DNA of 63,923 bases, the filler included, from Bigelowiella natans CCMP2755 (lineage: Eukaryota > Protista > Cercozoa), in the NCBI GenBank assembly GCA_000320545.1. It is 8 parts of 8 records of this genome, joined end to end, with 100 filler letters (N's around TTAATTAATTAA, not from the genome) between each part and the next. Parts side by side here need not be neighbours in the genome. Positions count along the whole stretch, not along the records: positions 15,762 to 42,769 come from ADNK01003066.1; positions 42,870 to 45,678 come from ADNK01001225.1; positions 45,779 to 48,288 come from ADNK01002682.1; positions 48,389 to 57,079 come from ADNK01001414.1; 4 more parts are not named here. One strand, 5' to 3'. Every line of letters begins with the position of its first letter. The first letter of the stretch is position 1. A program made the position numbers and the translations under genes. A model generated the notes under the pieces. The model was not told the origin of the DNA. It saw only the letters and a list, made by a program, of their open reading frames with translations, and made no database searches. Shown here in pieces: positions 36,886-51,283 of the stretch.

Positions 36886-38502
36886 AAGTGGGAATCGAAA
36901 GTAGGAACTAGTCCTGTGAAGTGAAATGGCAATCAGAACATGCAAACATGTAATCACATCGGGACCTTCAGCTAAAGCCTGTTTATCAGCTTGGCCCTCC
37001 TCCTCTTTCTCTTCCTCCTCCTCGTGCTGTCTCCTCCCATGCCTCTCCTCTCGTTTTGACCACAGGTGCGCCGAATCTCTGACATCGTCTCCACACACAT
37101 CGAGAGGAAAACAAACGTGATGCATCAACAAACAGCCTCATGTTCTTGGGATGGTCAAATTGCAAATTCACAGTATCTAGGCATTGCCACATTGACATCA
37201 TTGTTGTGCCTCTGCAGAAATGCAAGATTGTCTCTTGTCTTGTCAACGTGTAAACAATGAACATCATGCATCGCCACATTGGCACAACCATGTTCTTGTG
37301 GGGAAATTGCTTCCGAACAAGAAAGTGCACATTCATGCAGCACAAATGTCATTTGCGATGATGGATAGCATGCAACATGATTGTTGCGTGACATCGATGC
37401 TGCTACATGGCTTTCGTGAAGTAGCTAGCGAATGGCAGGAGAACTAGAACTTGTTAGATGAAGCTGGTTCATGCATCTCTCTGCTGCGTGGTAATTCGGT
37501 GCATGTAGATCCTGCAATCATCATATGTGTATTATTCATGTGTGCTATTACCTAGATTGCTAAACATGTCGGCTCATTTAGTTGTAAAATGAAATGTTAT
37601 GTGCGACATGGAGCACATAATAGCTGAGACAAATAGTTGTAATAATAGACACAGTAATATGATACATAACATGCACATCGCATGCCATGTGCCGAATAAT
37701 GTCAAGACGATACCATGATGCTATCTCATTTGATGATGGAGTCTCCAGTCATGCATGCAGCATGCAACCTAGCAACGGCTACATGGGCTAATGAGTAGAT
37801 CTAGATCTTGTTCGAGACATGGTGGCCAAAACTGAACACAACTCTACATGAACACAGGTGAATGTTGTGGATGAACATGACGCTTAGCAATGACATCCTG
37901 TGTCTAGCGCTTACATGCATGCCTTGATGCCTACACATCTATCTAGCGCAGCATGGACGTGTGCACAAAGCGCACAACTCTGTCTAATACTAGAATGCAA
38001 TGAAGAATGTATGAGCTTGGATGCAAAGAACAAGGCAATGTCTCATTATTTACATATTTCGACCATGCGCCTCTTTCTTCATTTGCATCCTTATTTTTCA
38101 CCTTTGCAATGCTAGAATGTATTTAGATGACATCATCGCCAAATTTATGATTCTCATCACTTCTTACTTACTTATAAAACTAGAAGTATGAAGAATCGAG
38201 TGTGGAAAGATTTTCCTTGAAAGATTGATACAGTAGTTCTCTACGTTTACTTAAATTTGCTTGATTTATCTATAAGCTTCTAAATTTGTCCAGAGATAAA
38301 AATATTATTTTCAGAGTTTCATTGTTTTCGATAACTTTCATGATCAAATCATAATGATAATAGTAATAATAATGATAATTATGTTGCTACGTGGTTCTAT
38401 GTTGCAAGAAAAACGAACGAATCCTTGCTTTGTAATGCAATCATTGGTTCTTTAATGTTCCTTCATCGACGGCACCCAACTACTACTGCTCAATTTACTC
38501 CT

Positions 38503-40650
38503 TTATTCCCACTTATAGCTGGGATGCAGCATTCTGATCTGAACTGCGTTCCGACACTGAGTCACTAATTCCTCTCGCTTGTGGTCGTGAGTATTATGTC
38601 CGCTTTTAAACATCGTAAGGTAGAGGCCATAGATGCCTCTGTTGTTTCCTTTTACGTTGTACACACTGAGAGATTGCAGCAAACTGTCTGGCATGTCAAG
38701 AAAATCTATCACGTCTCCAATAGTATCATCAAAATCGCTCATCAGATCCTCGAAATGGAGCGTGTATGTGCGTGAGTCATTGACAGTCTTACGAGCAACA
38801 TAAAGCATGTTTTCAATGATGAAATATGAAGCCGCAGCCTCCAGAGCAAGTCCTTGTTCTCTATGAAAGTGGGTGAAGGAGGAGGAGGGGGGAGGAGGAG
38901 GAGTAAAAGTAAGAGTCAGGTGACGAACAATGGATACATGTACGACACACGTAACGTTTTACGTGTGTTAAATTTTATATACCGATAATTAGAGCTGATG
39001 AGATGGTGTATTATGACGAGGAAGGAAAAAGCAAAAAGCTGAAGCTATCGTAAAAACATCCATCAATATGGATACATGTAAACTAAAAATATGTGATGAT
39101 TTGGGGTGCACACGCACAACGTAGCATACGTTGGTAATGCATTGAGGGCATCTGCATAGTTAATTTTATCTGGATCAAGTCCCATCATTTCCAATGTCGA
39201 CGAAACGTTGCAAAATATATTCCTTAACGCCTCTGGGTACCTGAATAACCGTTCAAGAGTATGAGAAGGAGAACATGGTAATGAGGGATTTTTTTTTTTT
39301 CTATTTTTTGAAACGATTGCCGCCTACTCTAAACATTAAAAATGTCAACAGCGTTGATTTTTTTGTTAGTTATACGTTGTCCGTCCCCCAGAATTTTCCA
39401 GCATCGCTTCCTCAAATATCTTACAGTTTTTGAAATGTGCAATGCGATTACGGCCATTCATGCAGTATCTGATAGGATAGCAACAAGACACTATTTTAGG
39501 TAGATAAAAAAGAGATAGAATAGCGATAATCTGATGGCATTTGCTTGCTTGACGACTGTACGACAAGAACTACTAACACAAAGCTGACATATTTCCTCTT
39601 TCTCCTCCTTATTTCTTCTTCCCCCTTTTATTTCTACTCTCTTCGTACGCCGATCTTCTGTCCCGACTCGTTCTAATGGTTATTTCCAGGCCCGTCCTTC
39701 CTTCCGATCAACACCTTCCTCATATCCTCCCTTACCACCAACATAAAGAATCACTTTATCTATCTTACTATCTTACTCTTTTCCGGTCGAAAAGCCACAA
39801 CTTTGCTTGATCTTTGACGGGAATTCGTAAGTCCAAGTTTCGGGTTTCCGCCGGTGATACTTGTACCCCGACGCGATGATGCCGCACGGTTCGCGCACAA
39901 AATGAACGAATCGGAAGTTGGGTGTCGACGATACGTTCTGGGGTAGCCACCTTCTCCAATTACTGTTCAGGAAGAATAAGACGAATAAGATGAATGAACA
40001 TAAATCATCATCATCATCATATGTATTTTTGTCAACATAATTGCATCGTCAGAGTGCTACTTACTGCGATAAACAACCTATGCACAGAAAGGTCCCGATT
40101 GTAAAAGGCTGAATCGTTGGCAATATGCTCAAACTGCGATCCTGATGTGTGGACACCACACTCCAGTGCCATATGTGCACACAAACGTGCGAAGACTTTC
40201 CTAGCCAACGTCGAGCCGGTTTTGTGATGTGCCCCAACGATAACATATGGCCTTGTCCCATGATTCGACCGCGGTGTTAGGACGTAGCTGCGGAGAGCAT
40301 GAATGAAGCAAGCTCCTCTAATTCCACTGCGGATTAAAAAATCCATTCCCTGATGATGGTGGACATGGTTGGATATTATGAGGTCACTCGAACACGGCAC
40401 TATAGATATGGATTGAGTAGACCTGCTTGGAACGGGGTTTCCAATTTCCAATGTGGTCCTCATGTGCCTTATTGATTTGATCCTGCACCCACACATCAAT
40501 CTGCTTCGAGCAGGTAGTATCGATGGCAACAATCGCCTCCGGTAGCACCTGGGATACAGCTATGTGTGCTATGACCAAGGAAGCTAACATGCCAATGAAG
40601 CAAAGACCCAAAAAGAAATAGAATGCCCCCTTCCACTTGCTCATGCTCAT
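38503..40650 (-). CDS. Type II membrane sulfotransferase-like protein
   Basis: N-terminal TM anchor (AFYFFLGLCFIGMLASLVIAHIAV); 5'-PSB-like HHKTGS; 3'-PB-like FVHFVREPCGIIASGYKYH; C-terminal LHFEDL...IDFL. Confidence 0.75.
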
Positions 40651-41195
40651 CGTTTGAATTCCTCCTGGGGCAAGCTGCAGCACCGACCACAGGATTGGAC
40701 AATTAGTCAACTTTTTTCATTCAATTCACGATGCGAAAAGGTCATTACATCGAGATTCTTTCTAAAATGTGTTGTCGCAAGGCGAAAGTGCAGAGAATCT
40801 TCGTGCATTTGCCGCAAACGACGACCAATCAGCAGCCCACAACGTAGTGTTTGCAACCGTCAATCGTGTTCTCGCAACAACGAGACTCTACGTGGACTGG
40901 TTTCTCGTAGATTTGGGCTTGTCCAGCTCAAAAATGACCTTCGTTGCGATCATGCGACACGACAGCGAGCTGCGCTCATGAGCTCACACAAGATTCTCAT
41001 GACCTCGCAATGATTTTTGTCGAGGCGCTGCTGTTGCGCGTGGGGTTCGCTGAGTGCACAAAGAGGGGAGGGGGACACGTTTGCCTCGCTGCTTCCTTTG
41101 GGATGGTCAATGCATTTTTCATTGAAGATTGCATTTGTCAAATCGTGCAGAACACACTCACTTGTTCGTTCGCGGCACACTTCTCGACTTGTGAA

Positions 41196-42769
41196 TGTTG
41201 CGCGTAAGGTGTTCACAGGCCGAGGCGCTACGTGCACAAGTAGGCAGGGGGGGGGAAAGGCACGTTTGCTTCCTTTTGAAGAGTTGTGTTTATTTTTATT
41301 AAAGATTATATTTTTATTAAATCGTGCACTGCGTAATCATTCGCGAAGCTTTCGCGAATGCCGCCGCACGTGGGGCAGCACACTTCCGGTGTGCTGCCAT
41401 GAGTCCCGCCGGAACCCACGTGCCTATGCTGTATTAATATCTACGTTATCTATATTCTATATCCGCGACAACCCCTTTGTTGTCGCACGTGACTTGTGCC
41501 CGCGTAGTGGTACGCGCTACACCTCCCCCAAGTCACGTTGCTCCTTCCTTCCTTCCTTATTCCCTTAGACCTTCATCGCTTTCGGAACTTCACCAACCAC
41601 CAGGTAATAGATTCCTCTCTAACCTTATCTCCTTTGTCGCTTACCCAGAACTCACCTTCGTCCTTAGGTTCGTGTCCATACCAGCCCTCTGCATCAAGGT
41701 CCCCCAGGACCTTATACCAGTGCTCAAAGGGTAAGTCGGGAACAGCTAGGTAGAGTAGCTGATATTTTCCGTCCTTTATTTTCATAGCTACCCTCTCCAT
41801 ATTTCGTAATCCAGGGTAGCCTAGATAGACAATCTTCATGCGCCAATCGTCGTTCACCCTGACCTTATTGTTTCCATATTCCACATCGAACTTAGGTCGG
41901 GGTCCTAAACAAGGCATTGCTCGCTCCCACACAGTAGGGTTTACTTTAACATCCTCTAGGAGCTTCTCACCGATATCATAATTCTTTAGGTGACTGATGT
42001 GGCGCAAGGTGACCCTGTTCCCATCATAGATGTAGTACTGCTTCCTCCCCTTCCTCTCGGTAACCTTTGCAACGCCACCCCAGAAGGGGTCTTGTTTATT
42101 TCTCGATCTCAGATTTACCTTGGCCCTAACATACTGTCCTTCCTTTAGAACTCGGCCATCGTACGGGACCTTCTCGTCTTCGCTCTCGGTATCGTCGTCG
42201 TTGTCGTCGCCTTCTTCCCTCTCCTTATCCTTGATACCTCCCCCAGACGTGAAGGTGTCGTTTACTAACCCTTGTATCTTGTCTGGTGTGGTGCTATTTA
42301 TCCTGCTTAGGTTGGCCAAGGTGCGGTGGAGTCGCTCTACCTTGGAGTTGGACTGGGCATAGTATACAGGTGAGGCATCAATATTAGGGTGTGGTAGCTG
42401 TAGAAGAGAGGTCTCATTATCCACATGTAACTTCTTTGGTATCTTGTTTATGCTAACTTCATCAGGGATAGCCTGGAGCTCAGACTCCCAGGTACGGTAG
42501 CAGTTAGTAAGCCTCTGCTTATATAAGCCTTTGTTCTTCTTAGCAACGTTGACCTTGATAATCTTTTTAACCCAGCACTTTCCAGTGGCCACATCAACGA
42601 AGGTAAGGTAGTGATAGCCATCGTACTTATAAACATCAATTTGCACGATATCTAAGAAGTTCCTTGCTTTGATTTTCTTAGATGCACGGCTCTTGCTGGA
42701 CTCCTTGGTGGCGACGCCTGCCGCCTTCAAGCTGGAGCACCTGCAGCCACGCAGGTATGTCCTTATCTC
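41196..42769 (-). mobile_element. Ty3/Gypsy element copy 2 (3' part: integrase, Dam-like domain, PPT, 3' LTR 41196-41521), cut by gap
   Basis: ORF 41573-42730 translation matches the copy 1 C-terminus; the LTR carries the same allele as the copy 1 5' LTR. Confidence 0.96.
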
Positions 42770-42896
42770 NNNNNNNNNNNNNNNNNNNNNNNNNNNNNNN
42801 NNNNNNNNNNNNNTTAATTAATTAANNNNNNNNNNNNNNNNNNNNNNNNNNNNNNNNNNNNNNNNNNNNTACTACACACACACACACACACACACA

Positions 42897-42949
<53 letters not shown>

Positions 42950-43801
42950 TATATATATTCATGGATTTATTTACTGAAAAATAAGTTGTAGGCTCCCCCT
43001 CTCCTACTAACTAACAGCTGTTCTGGTCTCACATGAGGCGTCTGCGGGCCGTCATCGAGACACGTTCGGAAGAATCCTGAACCTGCCGATGGTCAATCAG
43101 CACATTAGATTCGCGTATGTTTCAAACTCAGTGGGTGGACCACAAACCTGGTTATCGAGCTAGGTTCTCATCATGCGCTGTACAACGGCTTCAGCTCTCC
43201 CCCCCCCCAAAAGCTGGCCGGGACTGGAGCGTCAATTTTTGCTCTGTTATCGCAAGGCTAAAAATTATCGAGACATAAACTAAAAAATCTCCAATTAATA
43301 TATGCGACTTCATGGCGATGGGCGATTTTTGGCTTGCGCCAGGTGATCAGTACATCTTGGATACCTGATAATTACCCAGAAAATAGCATCAAAAGGAATT
43401 ATGGTGTTGCAATTGTTGTGTGTCAAACCTCTCGAAAACCATACGTAGACAATAAATTTTAGATATTTTAGGGGTTATTCTCCTCGAAAGCTACCATTTA
43501 TCTGCTCAGTGAACAATCCGTCTGGTTCCCCCCATCAGCATTGCTCCTAGCCCTCTCAGGTCAATGCCTCCCCTGTCACCCCTCCCGCCACGTGGATATG
43601 CCATCCTATGTAGTCGCAATGAAGTGCATACGCCTTCAAGAGGGCAAATCGCAGGGAGCATAGGCCCCGTCTGAATGCTCCGTCGTTCGTAAAAACAACA
43701 AATCTTCTCCTTGTCACATTCTCCCCTCCTCAGGAGTGCCTCCAGCCTATCATGATCGCTCATAATCGAGGATTCTCCACTGAGAGGGTAACACACTGCC
43801 T

Positions 43802-44953
43802 TTGTCTAAACTGAAAACGGGGGGCTTGGGTTTGCTGCCATGTAAGTGTGCCTTCTGCTTTCCACAACAGGGCGATCATGTTCCTGAGATTGAGATGATC
43901 TCGATGGGGGACGAAACCTACCGGTCAGTAGCAGCAGTATCTTCGCTTAGCATCCAATCAGAGGGATTAGAGGAAGAGAGGGGCTGGGGAGGGAGCAGTT
44001 TCTTATAGCTTTTGTCATTTGCGTATGATATTTTTATTTCAATGCAATGGAAATCATGTACACATATACGCAACACACCTATTTGTTCAACATTCAGTCT
44101 GGACGAAAATGGCGCCCTGATTGACCCTCCTAAGGAGCCGTGCTGCGGGACTGCCAACTGTAACTATTTTGTTTCTTTTAAGTGTGCAACGATCGCCACA
44201 CATGTGATATGTGAAGAATTGGGTCAAGCATCTTCTGACGATAATGACTTTCATTACGCACCGGGGCCAACTCGATCAGGTGTTCTCTGCGCGTTTGGGT
44301 GTGCTACATGCTGCTGCTTACGAGATATCATCTGCAAGGTCCATTCTACTACCATCCGCAATTGTACTTTTAAGCCGAAGAAACGGTTGCAACGACATGA
44401 AGATGTGATGTGGCCTTCGTCCTGCGGAACAGCAAACAGCCGTGTTGGAGGAGCGATTCAATGGCTCTTGGCTTATGCATAGCCCTCACCCTATTTTTCG
44501 TTCAAGACTCTGCATTTGAAATGTGCTATGGGGGTGACCATAGCTGCAATGATGCTCGTCGTTATTCGTATTCTTCCTGCCCCATCCCGGTTTGGTTTGA
44601 TTTGACTCATCATTTCCTCAGCGCATGGTGTTTGCGCCCCCCTCACCGGCCTTCTACAGCTTCAAGAACAACGTAACACACCCTACGAACGAAATTCTGC
44701 CCGCTTGAGAAAGAAGAGGGGAGGGGGGAGGGCAGAGAATCGTCCACCAGAGTTTGCATCGAGAGAAAAATGAAAAGAAGTAAAGACTTGGTGTTATTAT
44801 CATTATTATCAGTCGCTACTTTGACGGAAGAGTGTTGTGGGGGGGTGGGAGGGGGGGTTGTTCCACTCCATTTCTTCATCCGTTGTCTTTGCAGAGCATG
44901 TACCGCATTCCTCTGGATGTCTACAACAATGATGAGTTCCGTAGTTCATATTT

Positions 44954-45025
<72 letters not shown>

Positions 45026-45272
45026 GTGGAACGAACGCACGCTAACTCACAGGATACAAAACAGAAATAACGTGTGTTTCTCCTCCTCACGTGCTTATCA
45101 ATCTGTGATTTCTTCCAATAACAACAACAACAACAACAACAACATAGTGAATTCTCATCGGACCAATTCGAAAAGTTGGAGAACAAGAATCTGAGCATAA
45201 GCGTGCACATGGTGATGCCAATACAGTGTACACACACGCACACACACAAAGAGGAAACACACACACACACAG

Positions 45273-45327
<55 letters not shown>

Positions 45328-45678
45328 TCGTTCTGATCCATCTCAAAGCTTTCGCATCTGCGCTGTGGTATATGAGCAATTCCATGAAACAGCCACCCGT
45401 GCTGCTTTTATCTTATTTTATTTTATTTTCCTCCTCCTCCGCAGGTTCAAACCAGTCGCAAGGGCCAAATAGCCTCGGTATTATGCCATATGAACGCGGC
45501 CGCAGGCTACATTTCTGATGGTTTTTCCTCGCACTTCAAATCAGGTGTTTATGCAGCATCCGAAGGCTACCAAAACGATTCTCTTCAGGTGGAATTTTTG
45601 TTATAATATCATCGATCGAATGACCGCAGCACGCCTCTTTACTTTTGGCTGTTCTTTTTTGTGGTATCTGCTCCTTCA
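43802..45678 (+). CDS. Possible multi-exon hypothetical gene
   Basis: Exon-like segments between microsatellite introns; one possible TM segment (AMGVTIAAMMLVVIR). No family recognised. Confidence 0.25.
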
Positions 45679-47237
45679 NNNNNNNNNNNNNNNNNNNNNN
45701 NNNNNNNNNNNNNNNNNNNNNNTTAATTAATTAANNNNNNNNNNNNNNNNNNNNNNNNNNNNNNNNNNNNNNNNNNNNGAAAGAAACCCGAACCATTTCA
45801 ATTCCAAAAAACCGTGGTCTACTAAGCTTTTTGGACGGAGGGAGGGAGGAGGGGGGGGGCGGGTATACCCATCGTATCTCGAGAAAAGTCTTGTGTTTGA
45901 AGCGTTCTTAACATCAACGAAGCTCCTAGTCGCAGCAACCATTCGATATATATTTTCCATTTGGTTCTATATTTATAACACACACACACACACACACACT
46001 AACTAGCACGCACCGCACTCCTGCCTTGCAAGCGAGACGATCATCATCCCAATCCATTTTGTAACAATAATAGCGTGTTAACGATACTAATGATTAAAAA
46101 AATAATAATACTAATAATACCGCAAGCTGCATCTCGGAGGATGTGATTTGCGCCATTGGGTTCTTGTTCCAGATGACCCTGCACACAGGCATATCGATTG
46201 TAGAAGGAGGACGCAATGGTTGGTGCCGTATGTGCACTCTGCGATTGGAAATCATAATGCTTGGACCTCGAATAATACTATCATCATCATCATCATCGCC
46301 ATCATCATCGTCATCATCATCGTCATCATCATCGTCATCATCGTCCTCACGGCGACGAACTATAACCCCACACCTTCACTGCGCCCCCGATGGAGACCTT
46401 ATCGAGGAGAAACGTATCATGTCTGCCGATCAAACACATATCGCCACAACGGCGACCACAAACAGCCTCACCACTAACAATCCACGAGACTAGCACAGCT
46501 AGCCGCAGTGATCACGATTTAAGAGCTCCCATGACGACGCAAAGTGTTACAACAATACGACAAGAGCAACCGTTTATTGCGACTTAGTAAGTACCCGTAC
46601 AGCGAGTCTAACTCGTAATAAGTCACCGACTTATTGCCCGCCGCTCGTAGGAGATCTGCCACCTGGTAGTAGTAGCCATTTCATGGGGAGGAATTGCTTA
46701 ACCAAACGCCCCTCGAATCCATGCTTTTGATTCTCAAACATGTGTCTAGCTATCACGTAAAGTGCCGTCGGCAGCCTTCTCTCCTTCACGCACGTGAGTC
46801 ATCGAAGCACCGCGATTTGAAAGATGTTATAACAGCCGTATATGCCACTGGAACAAAGAGCGGCCTCCAGCTACTACAACTACTACTACACTAATGCAAA
46901 TAGCACTACCACAGCTGCTACTCCTCTTTCTACTACCATTACTGCTCTACCTGTTTTTGCTGCCAAGATGGAAATAACACATCGGTTTGTACTCCGATGA
47001 TAAGAGCAGGCATCTGGATCGCTGTTGTAAGAAGGAGAAAGAGAAATAAGGACGAATTTCAATAATCATGACCCCCCATCCCTCCCCCCATCCCGGAGAG
47101 GACATGGGAGAGGGGCTATATTGTACATTTGACTCCTTCGATCATGGATAACTCTCCGTTTTCGTCCTCTTTCTCTGCGTTTTTAGCATCAAACACAATC
47201 AATCATTTTGTCCTCGTGCACACTATACATATACATG

Positions 47238-47281
<44 letters not shown>

Positions 47282-47628
47282 TGCACATGTATATACTACA
47301 AGTGCTGCTACTGCTGCTTCACCGAGAGTGAAGGCATCCATTGCCGTTGAGATCCATATCACCGAATTTGGATCAAAGACACCCGCTGCAGACCACTTGC
47401 TGCCCTGCCATCATCACAAACAGCCGCAAAAGCGACGATGGTTGACGTTCAAAACGATGATAAATGATCGAGGAGTAGGAGCAGGAGCAGGAGGCGGAGG
47501 AGGAGAGAAGAAGAGAAGGGGGAGACATTGAGAAATATGTAGAGGTTGCTCACACATTCGCGGTCACCCGAAACAAAGTCCAAGCAAACATATCTACACC
47601 TACATGTACAAGCAGCACAACGAAAACA

Positions 47629-47671
<43 letters not shown>

Positions 47672-48235
47672 GCTTAAACAAACACACGCTTTAACACAAA
47701 CACTAACACACCACTCCAAATTCTCTTTACCTGGTACCGGATGTAGCGTTCGATCTCGAAGTTCTCTCCAATCACTGGAAAAGAGGGGGGGGGGGGGGGA
47801 GAGAAAGGAAGAATATGCAAGTTATAGTACGAGTAGTCGCAATTCCTTGAGCTTTAACAGCATATAGAACAACTGAGCGCGCGCACACAGACGCCCATGC
47901 AGCACACATGCGACTACATAAATAACGGTAAAGACAAGGAATGAGCAGCATGAAGCAGCTGTCATCATCACTTAGTTGGTCTGTTGTTCTTGTCCTTCCA
48001 AATCGTGTTTGCCACTCTGGACCGCTCCTGTGAGTAAGTAAGCCGTCCTTTCTCTCATCGCTCATTAATATCAGCAACGCCGATTGATGGCGGTGTGCAT
48101 TCATATGTTCCGTGCGTGTGTATATATAGCCAGGCACGTGCCAATAAACGAATATATACGTTTGTGCGTCTAAGGAGAGCGAAGCGAGGGCGAGAAAGAG
48201 AGCGGGAAAGAGAGAGGAAGAGAAAGAGAGAGTGA

Positions 48236-48278
<43 letters not shown>

Positions 48279-48481
48279 CGAGAGAAGANNNNNNNNNNNN
48301 NNNNNNNNNNNNNNNNNNNNNNNNNNNNNNNNTTAATTAATTAANNNNNNNNNNNNNNNNNNNNNNNNNNNNNNNNNNNNNNNNNNNNCAAGACTGCTCC
48401 TTCCTATCCTACTCTACTTATGCATATATAAGGCGCATGCGCTGATAAAAGCTGTCCGGCTCTACAACACACGCACACGCT

Positions 48482-48521
<40 letters not shown>

Positions 48522-48559
48522 TACAAGCATTCCACACGCTAACGACGATCGAATTGCAG

Positions 48560-49347
48560 GCTCGCGACGACGCCGAAGCTGAAGCAGCTGCGGAAAAGCG
48601 CAACTGGGAAGAAAAACATGAGTTATGATTTGATGAATCTGATGAAGAAGAGCAAACAACAACTGCGGGATGATGGTGATGATGGAGAAAAGGGTATTTG
48701 ATGATAACATAACGACCGTTGCTTCTCTATTTTTTGCTTGTTTCTACAACCACTACTTCTACTACTACAACGACAACTACTACTTAGTACTTACTACTAC
48801 TACAACTACTGCGACGGCATTCTGCCTCCTTCTTATGCGCCGCCCTTTGTTATCTCCTGTGTGCAACGAAGAAACGAAGAGCAAACTCCCAAAACATTCT
48901 TGTCTGTGACCTAATATTCCTAAGAGCATTATGACCGACAAAGTAGTGGTAGTAATAGTAGTAGTAGTAGTAGCAGCAGCAGTAGCAGCAGTAGTGGTAG
49001 TTGCAGTAGGAGTAGTGTTATAAACATGACTGCTTCCCCTTTAATCCCTTTCTTCCTCCTGATGGTATAAAATAATAGGTGCGTCTTCGTCGTCGAGGAC
49101 GGACAGGCTGCTTGCACGTAAGAATGCAACTGTCTTGTCCAGTGCGTATGAGCGGATGAGGGATGATGGTGATGAGAGCGGCGGCGACGATAACGATGAT
49201 GGTGGGGAAGGCGGCAACGATGCCGATTTCCATGACGGGCTGCTAAAGGTTTGTAAGCGCGCGCGTATGTGTGTGCGAATATGCAGTACTGACGGTGCCT
49301 TCGGTATTAACACACGACATTATTGTCTTCAGATCTTCTGCCAGATG

Positions 49348-49380
<33 letters not shown>

Positions 49381-50407
49381 ACCTTCCATACTATATGTCT
49401 GTGAAAACGGCAAGCCAGCCCAGCACGTGATTCTGTATATTATCATCTACACGCCATCAGGTGAAGAAGAAGGGCTCGGCCGTGGATAGCCTGCCTTCTG
49501 AATGGACAAAGGAAGAGATTCAACGAATGTCTCGTAACGAACGACGAAAGGTCAAAGCGGCTGCTGCTGCTGCGAAACAGCAAATGCAGGAGGGGGGGGG
49601 GGAGAAGGGGGGCCCGAAGAAGAAGGAGAAGAAGGAAGATGACGACGACGATGATGACGACGACAACGACGACGACGACGACGACGACTCTCAAGAATCA
49701 GAAGATGACGACAACGATGATGATGACGAGGAGGATGTTGATGAGAAGAAATCATCAGGACTGACGACCCAAAAGCGGCTGCCGAGTTCCCTTGAGCTTT
49801 CTACGTTGCGGAAACGACATTTGGAAGAGGTGCGAGCACGTGTGAGTGCAGGCGATAAGGAGGACCGCCAAGCCCTCAAAGAACGACTGAAAAAGAAGCG
49901 CATGCAGCGAAAGAAGAGGGGGAGGGAAAGCACTCAAGATATGGTTGTGACTCTTGGTGGGTACGATGATGGCGAAGAGGAAGAGGAGGAGGAGGAGGAG
50001 GAGGATGATCAAGACCCCGAAGGTGATGAAGGAATGGGTTCGGTGTATGATTGCAGTGTGTCGAGGACGTCTACCTCTGTGTATGTGTGTGTGTGTGTGT
50101 GTGTGTGTACGTGCGCACGCGCGGTTATATACCACATTTATATGTATATCTGATGAGTGCGTATCCGGTATTATAATTCCAATATCTTAATCTTGTACAT
50201 ACCATGTCTCAACTTCTAGGCCACGGCAAGGAGGAGGAGGAGGAGGAGGAGGAGGAGGAGGACGACGACGACGATGACGAGGAAGACGACGAAGAAGAAC
50301 AAGGACAACGCTCACGGAAACGCCAGAAAACGAGAAACCCCGGTGGAAAAAGTAATGATGGAGCTCTCCAAGATGATGAGGCCTTAGCCCTCTCTTTGCT
50401 GGGTTGA
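48560..50407 (+). CDS. DDX10: DEAD-box helicase DDX10/Dbp4, C-terminal exons (helicase core not visible)
   Basis: Acidic tracts plus HLEEVRARVSAGDKEDRQALKERLKKKRMQRK...VVTLGG and terminal LQDDEALALSLLG*, typical of the Dbp4/DDX10 tail. Confidence 0.68.
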
Positions 50408-51283
50408 GCCTCTCGCCAAGGAAATGCATTAAAGCAGATATCTGCACTCTGTCCACACCACTGCTCTAGTGCTCATTGCCAATTCGTGCCAATGGGCATT
50501 ATAGTGACGACCCAGCCCGGGGGGACAGGCACGTGTGTTATTATGGCATTTTCTATTAGATTCGGATGTGCATCTTGAAGAGTATGAGGTCGTAGGTGGC
50601 GAGCAGCTTACGGTCATCATGCAACACGTAGCTACTGCTGTACACGCACGCGTTTGCTACAGGACTCATCATCATGTAAACATAGCACTAGCATAATCAA
50701 CATGATCTTAGATGAGCTGTAGCCGCCACTTTGCATAGCTACATCTAGACATTACCAGATTACTGGATTAGGATGACTATTGACAAAAATGTAATTATTT
50801 CATTGCATATCGTCCCCGCCTCATACTATGTGCTTTATGCTTCTTATGTATTGCATGTGATATATGAGGTGTGTATGGCTGCATGCATCTAGTCATGCAT
50901 GCACCATCATCTAGTGGCAGATACGTACGTACGTACGTAGAGGCTATGTACTATATGCTTTTTGCGCTGCCATAGCTGCAGCTATAATATATAAGGTCGA
51001 CCAAGTCGCGGCTACTATATATGGGCCTTGGCGACACCAGACAAATTTAATATAATAAGCATTTTGGGCAAGCTTGCAGCGGCATACAAGCGATTGTAAT
51101 GTGCACTACGACTATCTCATCGTAAAATGATTCTTATTCAGAGCAAATTCCAGGAGCGATTCAAACTTACATGTCTTTTTGTATTGATTGCATAGCAACA
51201 ACCTCTGATATTGAACTAGCCATCCATCCTCATGCACAACGAATTGCAAGCCCAACATGCTGGACTCATCGAATATATTGTTC

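Noticed and set aside
45779-48288. Possible minus-strand exons
   Set aside because: No consistent frame or recognisable domain could be assembled.
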